DNA of 17,051 bases, taken from Candidatus Iainarchaeum sp. (GTDB lineage Archaea > Iainarchaeota > Iainarchaeia > Iainarchaeales > UBA10191). Position 1 is the first letter of the stretch, and each line of letters starts with the position of its first letter. Location: NCBI GenBank assembly GCA_030649735.1, contig JAUSFL010000013.1, forward strand, positions 1-17,051. The letters run 5' to 3'. This document shows, one piece after another, positions 15,381 through 17,051 of this stretch. The notes beneath the pieces were generated by a model. It had not been told where the DNA came from, made no database searches, and saw only the letters and a program-made list of their open reading frames with translations. The position numbers and the translations under genes are program-made.

Positions 15381-16202
15381 TCACCCTATTTTGAAAATTC
15401 CTGCCACCAATTCCGGCCTTAAAATAGTCAATACAATTCCCGCGAGAATGAATGGCGCAAACCTTGGCAAGTCCCTGTAAACCGGGATTTCGCTGATTTT
15501 CTCCTTTTTCAACTCTGCCTTTAATTTTTCGTCAATTATTCTCTTGAATTTCAAGTCCAAGAGTTTCTTGGTTTTTTCCGGCAAAAAATCCCACGCAATC
15601 AATTCATCCTCTTCTAAGTCTTTTATTTTGATGGTTTTTGCGAAAAAATTCTTTCTGATGCTTTTTTCCAAAGCCATGAAAATCAATGCGAAAAACATCG
15701 GGATTGCCAAAACCAGCGCGTTTTGCATTTGGAAAAACCCGCTGTTTAGCATTATCCAAAAGTAAGCAATCAATGCAATGCCGACAATTATTGCGTTGAA
15801 AATTCCTTGCCTGTTTTCATTCAAGTCAAGCTTTTTCAGGCGAATTAGCTTTACCGTGTAAAACACGCTCAAGAAAACAACAGCGGTCAAAGCGCTGTAC
15901 AGCAATACTGGCAGTATGAAAACTACTCCAATGTAAAATGGAAGCGCGAATGCAATTCCCGCAAACAATTTCACGTCTCCGCCGCCGATTTTTCCAGTAT
16001 AGTACAGCAAGTATCCAATTCCAAAAACCAGCGCCCCACTTCCTAGCCCAATCCAGTTTGCTTCCAGAAGCCCCAGAATTATTCCAAACGCAATCAATGG
16101 ATAAGTAATCCAGTCCGGGATTTCCCCAGTCTTCAAGTCAGTCCAGGCGCCTAAAACTCCAGCCAAAATTACTGCAATTTCCCGGAAAATCAAAAAATCC
16201 AA
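15381..16202 (-). CDS. A24-family prepilin/prearchaellin peptidase
   Basis: WTDLKTGEIPDW and IGGGDVKL carry the two catalytic Asp residues. Multiple TM helices and a C-terminal PRFAPFI motif. Confidence 0.9.
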   Translation of the reverse strand: MDFLIFREIAVILAGVLGAWTDLKTGEIPDWITYPLIAFGIILGLLEANWIGLGSGALVFGIGYLLYYTGKIGGGDVKLFAGIAFALPFYIGVVFILPVLLYSALTAVVFLSVFYTVKLIRLKKLDLNENRQGIFNAIIVGIALIAYFWIMLNSGFFQMQNALVLAIPMFFALIFMALEKSIRKNFFAKTIKIKDLEEDELIAWDFLPEKTKKLLDLKFKRIIDEKLKAELKKEKISEIPVYRDLPRFAPFILAGIVLTILRPELVAGIFKIG

Positions 16203-16234
16203 GTTCTCACGCTTTACTCAGGGGTTTAATGTTT

Positions 16235-16909
16235 TTAATACTGTTTTCTGAACACTAGCACGCTTTTGTCCTGATTGAATTTTGGAGTTATTCCCGCTTT
16301 TTTAAGGACTGCAAGCATTTCTTCAACTTCTTTTTTTTGCAGCCTTCCCCAATTGTACACTCCGACAACTGCAGTTCCGCCAGGGGCCAGCATTTGAATC
16401 ATGTTGTGCACTAGCGCGGTTTTTTGCGCGCTTGAGTAAAATGGGCCGGCATGGGAGTAAATTACATCAAATCTTTCTTTAGGTTTGATTAATGCTGCGT
16501 CTCCAACTATTAGGTTGTCAATTCCCCAATATTTTTCTGACTTTTTTCTTTCAAACAAGGCTCCAGTGGTTTTTATTTTGCTTCCGAAAGTTTCCTTAAG
16601 TTGTGAAAGTGCTGTTCCTGCCCCGCAACCCAAGTCTAAAACATTGACTTGCCTGCTTTTTGCGCCAGTTAGCTTTTCCAGGACAATTCTTGTGATGCTT
16701 GTGCTGAATTCCCGTTCAATTTCTTTCAGTGTTGTCCTGAAAAAAATGTGGCCTCCGCGCCTGTCCATTAATCTGATTGATTCTTGCAATCCTTCATTTT
16801 CTGTCCTTCTTTCTGCATTAATTAGCGGATTTTGCTTTTTCAGTCTTTCAAAACGCTTGTTTGGAAGAAGTCTTTGCCGTTCTAGCTTTCTTCCTTTTGG
16901 AACTGGCAT
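16235..16909 (-). CDS. Class I SAM-dependent methyltransferase with a basic N-terminal extension
   Basis: VLDLGCGAG motif I, followed by VGDA, FDVIYS and LAPGG. Confidence 0.88.
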   Translation of the reverse strand: MPVPKGRKLERQRLLPNKRFERLKKQNPLINAERRTENEGLQESIRLMDRRGGHIFFRTTLKEIEREFSTSITRIVLEKLTGAKSRQVNVLDLGCGAGTALSQLKETFGSKIKTTGALFERKKSEKYWGIDNLIVGDAALIKPKERFDVIYSHAGPFYSSAQKTALVHNMIQMLAPGGTAVVGVYNWGRLQKKEVEEMLAVLKKAGITPKFNQDKSVLVFRKQY

Positions 16910-16916
16910 TTGAATT

Positions 16917-17051
16917 TCACTTGATTTTGAACTTTTGCTTTTTTTGCGCGAACTTTTGCATTATTTTGTTGAGTTTTCCTTTCTTCAAGTCTTCAGGGTT
17001 TTGAATGTCGCCGAGCTTTTTGAATTCCTTAAACATTTGCTTCATTTGCTT
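16917..17051 (-). CDS. 3' end of a gene entering from the right; probable SRP54 M-domain tail
   Basis: Open frame KQMKQMFKEFKKLGDIQNPEDLKKGKLNKIMQKFAQKKQKFKIK*. The Met/Lys-rich KQMK.MFK pattern resembles the end of SRP54, but only 44 residues are visible. Confidence 0.5.
   Translation of the reverse strand, partial: KQMKQMFKEFKKLGDIQNPEDLKKGKLNKIMQKFAQKKQKFKIK

Noticed and set aside
1074-16218. 13-nt direct repeat CTCACGCTTTACT at 1074-1086 (just after tRNA-Lys) and 16206-16218, as possible attL/attR sites
   Set aside because: It does not include the tRNA 3' end, no integrase is present and the enclosed genes are housekeeping. The second copy overlaps the peptidase SD region, and a 13-mer match is expected by chance in 17 kb.
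1-17051. CRISPR array, IS element, prophage or defence island
   Set aside because: I saw no regularly spaced repeats, transposase, integrase, terminal inverted repeats or viral hallmark genes.

Overview
Archaeal chromosomal window, most consistent with a DPANN lineage. Diapherotrites/Iainarchaeota is my inference from class I LysRS, RadA, RPA, GGGP synthase, BHB tRNA introns and a long RelA/SpoT homologue. Gene order: 3' end of class I lysyl-tRNA synthetase, a free-standing two-motif LAGLIDADG gene, tRNA-Lys(CTT) with two introns, tRNA-Phe(GAA), small hypothetical genes, a single-domain KaiC-like ATPase, a long RSH with an intact synthetase but dead HD hydrolase motif, a degenerate PPC/DUF296 protein, an Ig-like protein, a Zn-ribbon protein, two membrane proteins, a bacterial-type TGT, DUF1858, a minimal kinase-like protein, radA, RPA, an unannotated 51-aa SWIB-like gene, a second PPC-like gene, an MBL-fold hydrolase, GGGP synthase, a Nudix hydrolase, an extended SDR, an A24 prepilin peptidase, a class I methyltransferase and a probable SRP54 3' end. 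The most notable items are the RelA-like enzyme in an archaeon, the two-intron tRNA-Lys whose BHB folds compete, the missed SWIB-like ORF upstream of rpa-radA, the bacterial-type TGT with altered pocket residues, and orphan enzymes with basic N-terminal extensions. All family calls come from motif recognition by eye; no searches were run.
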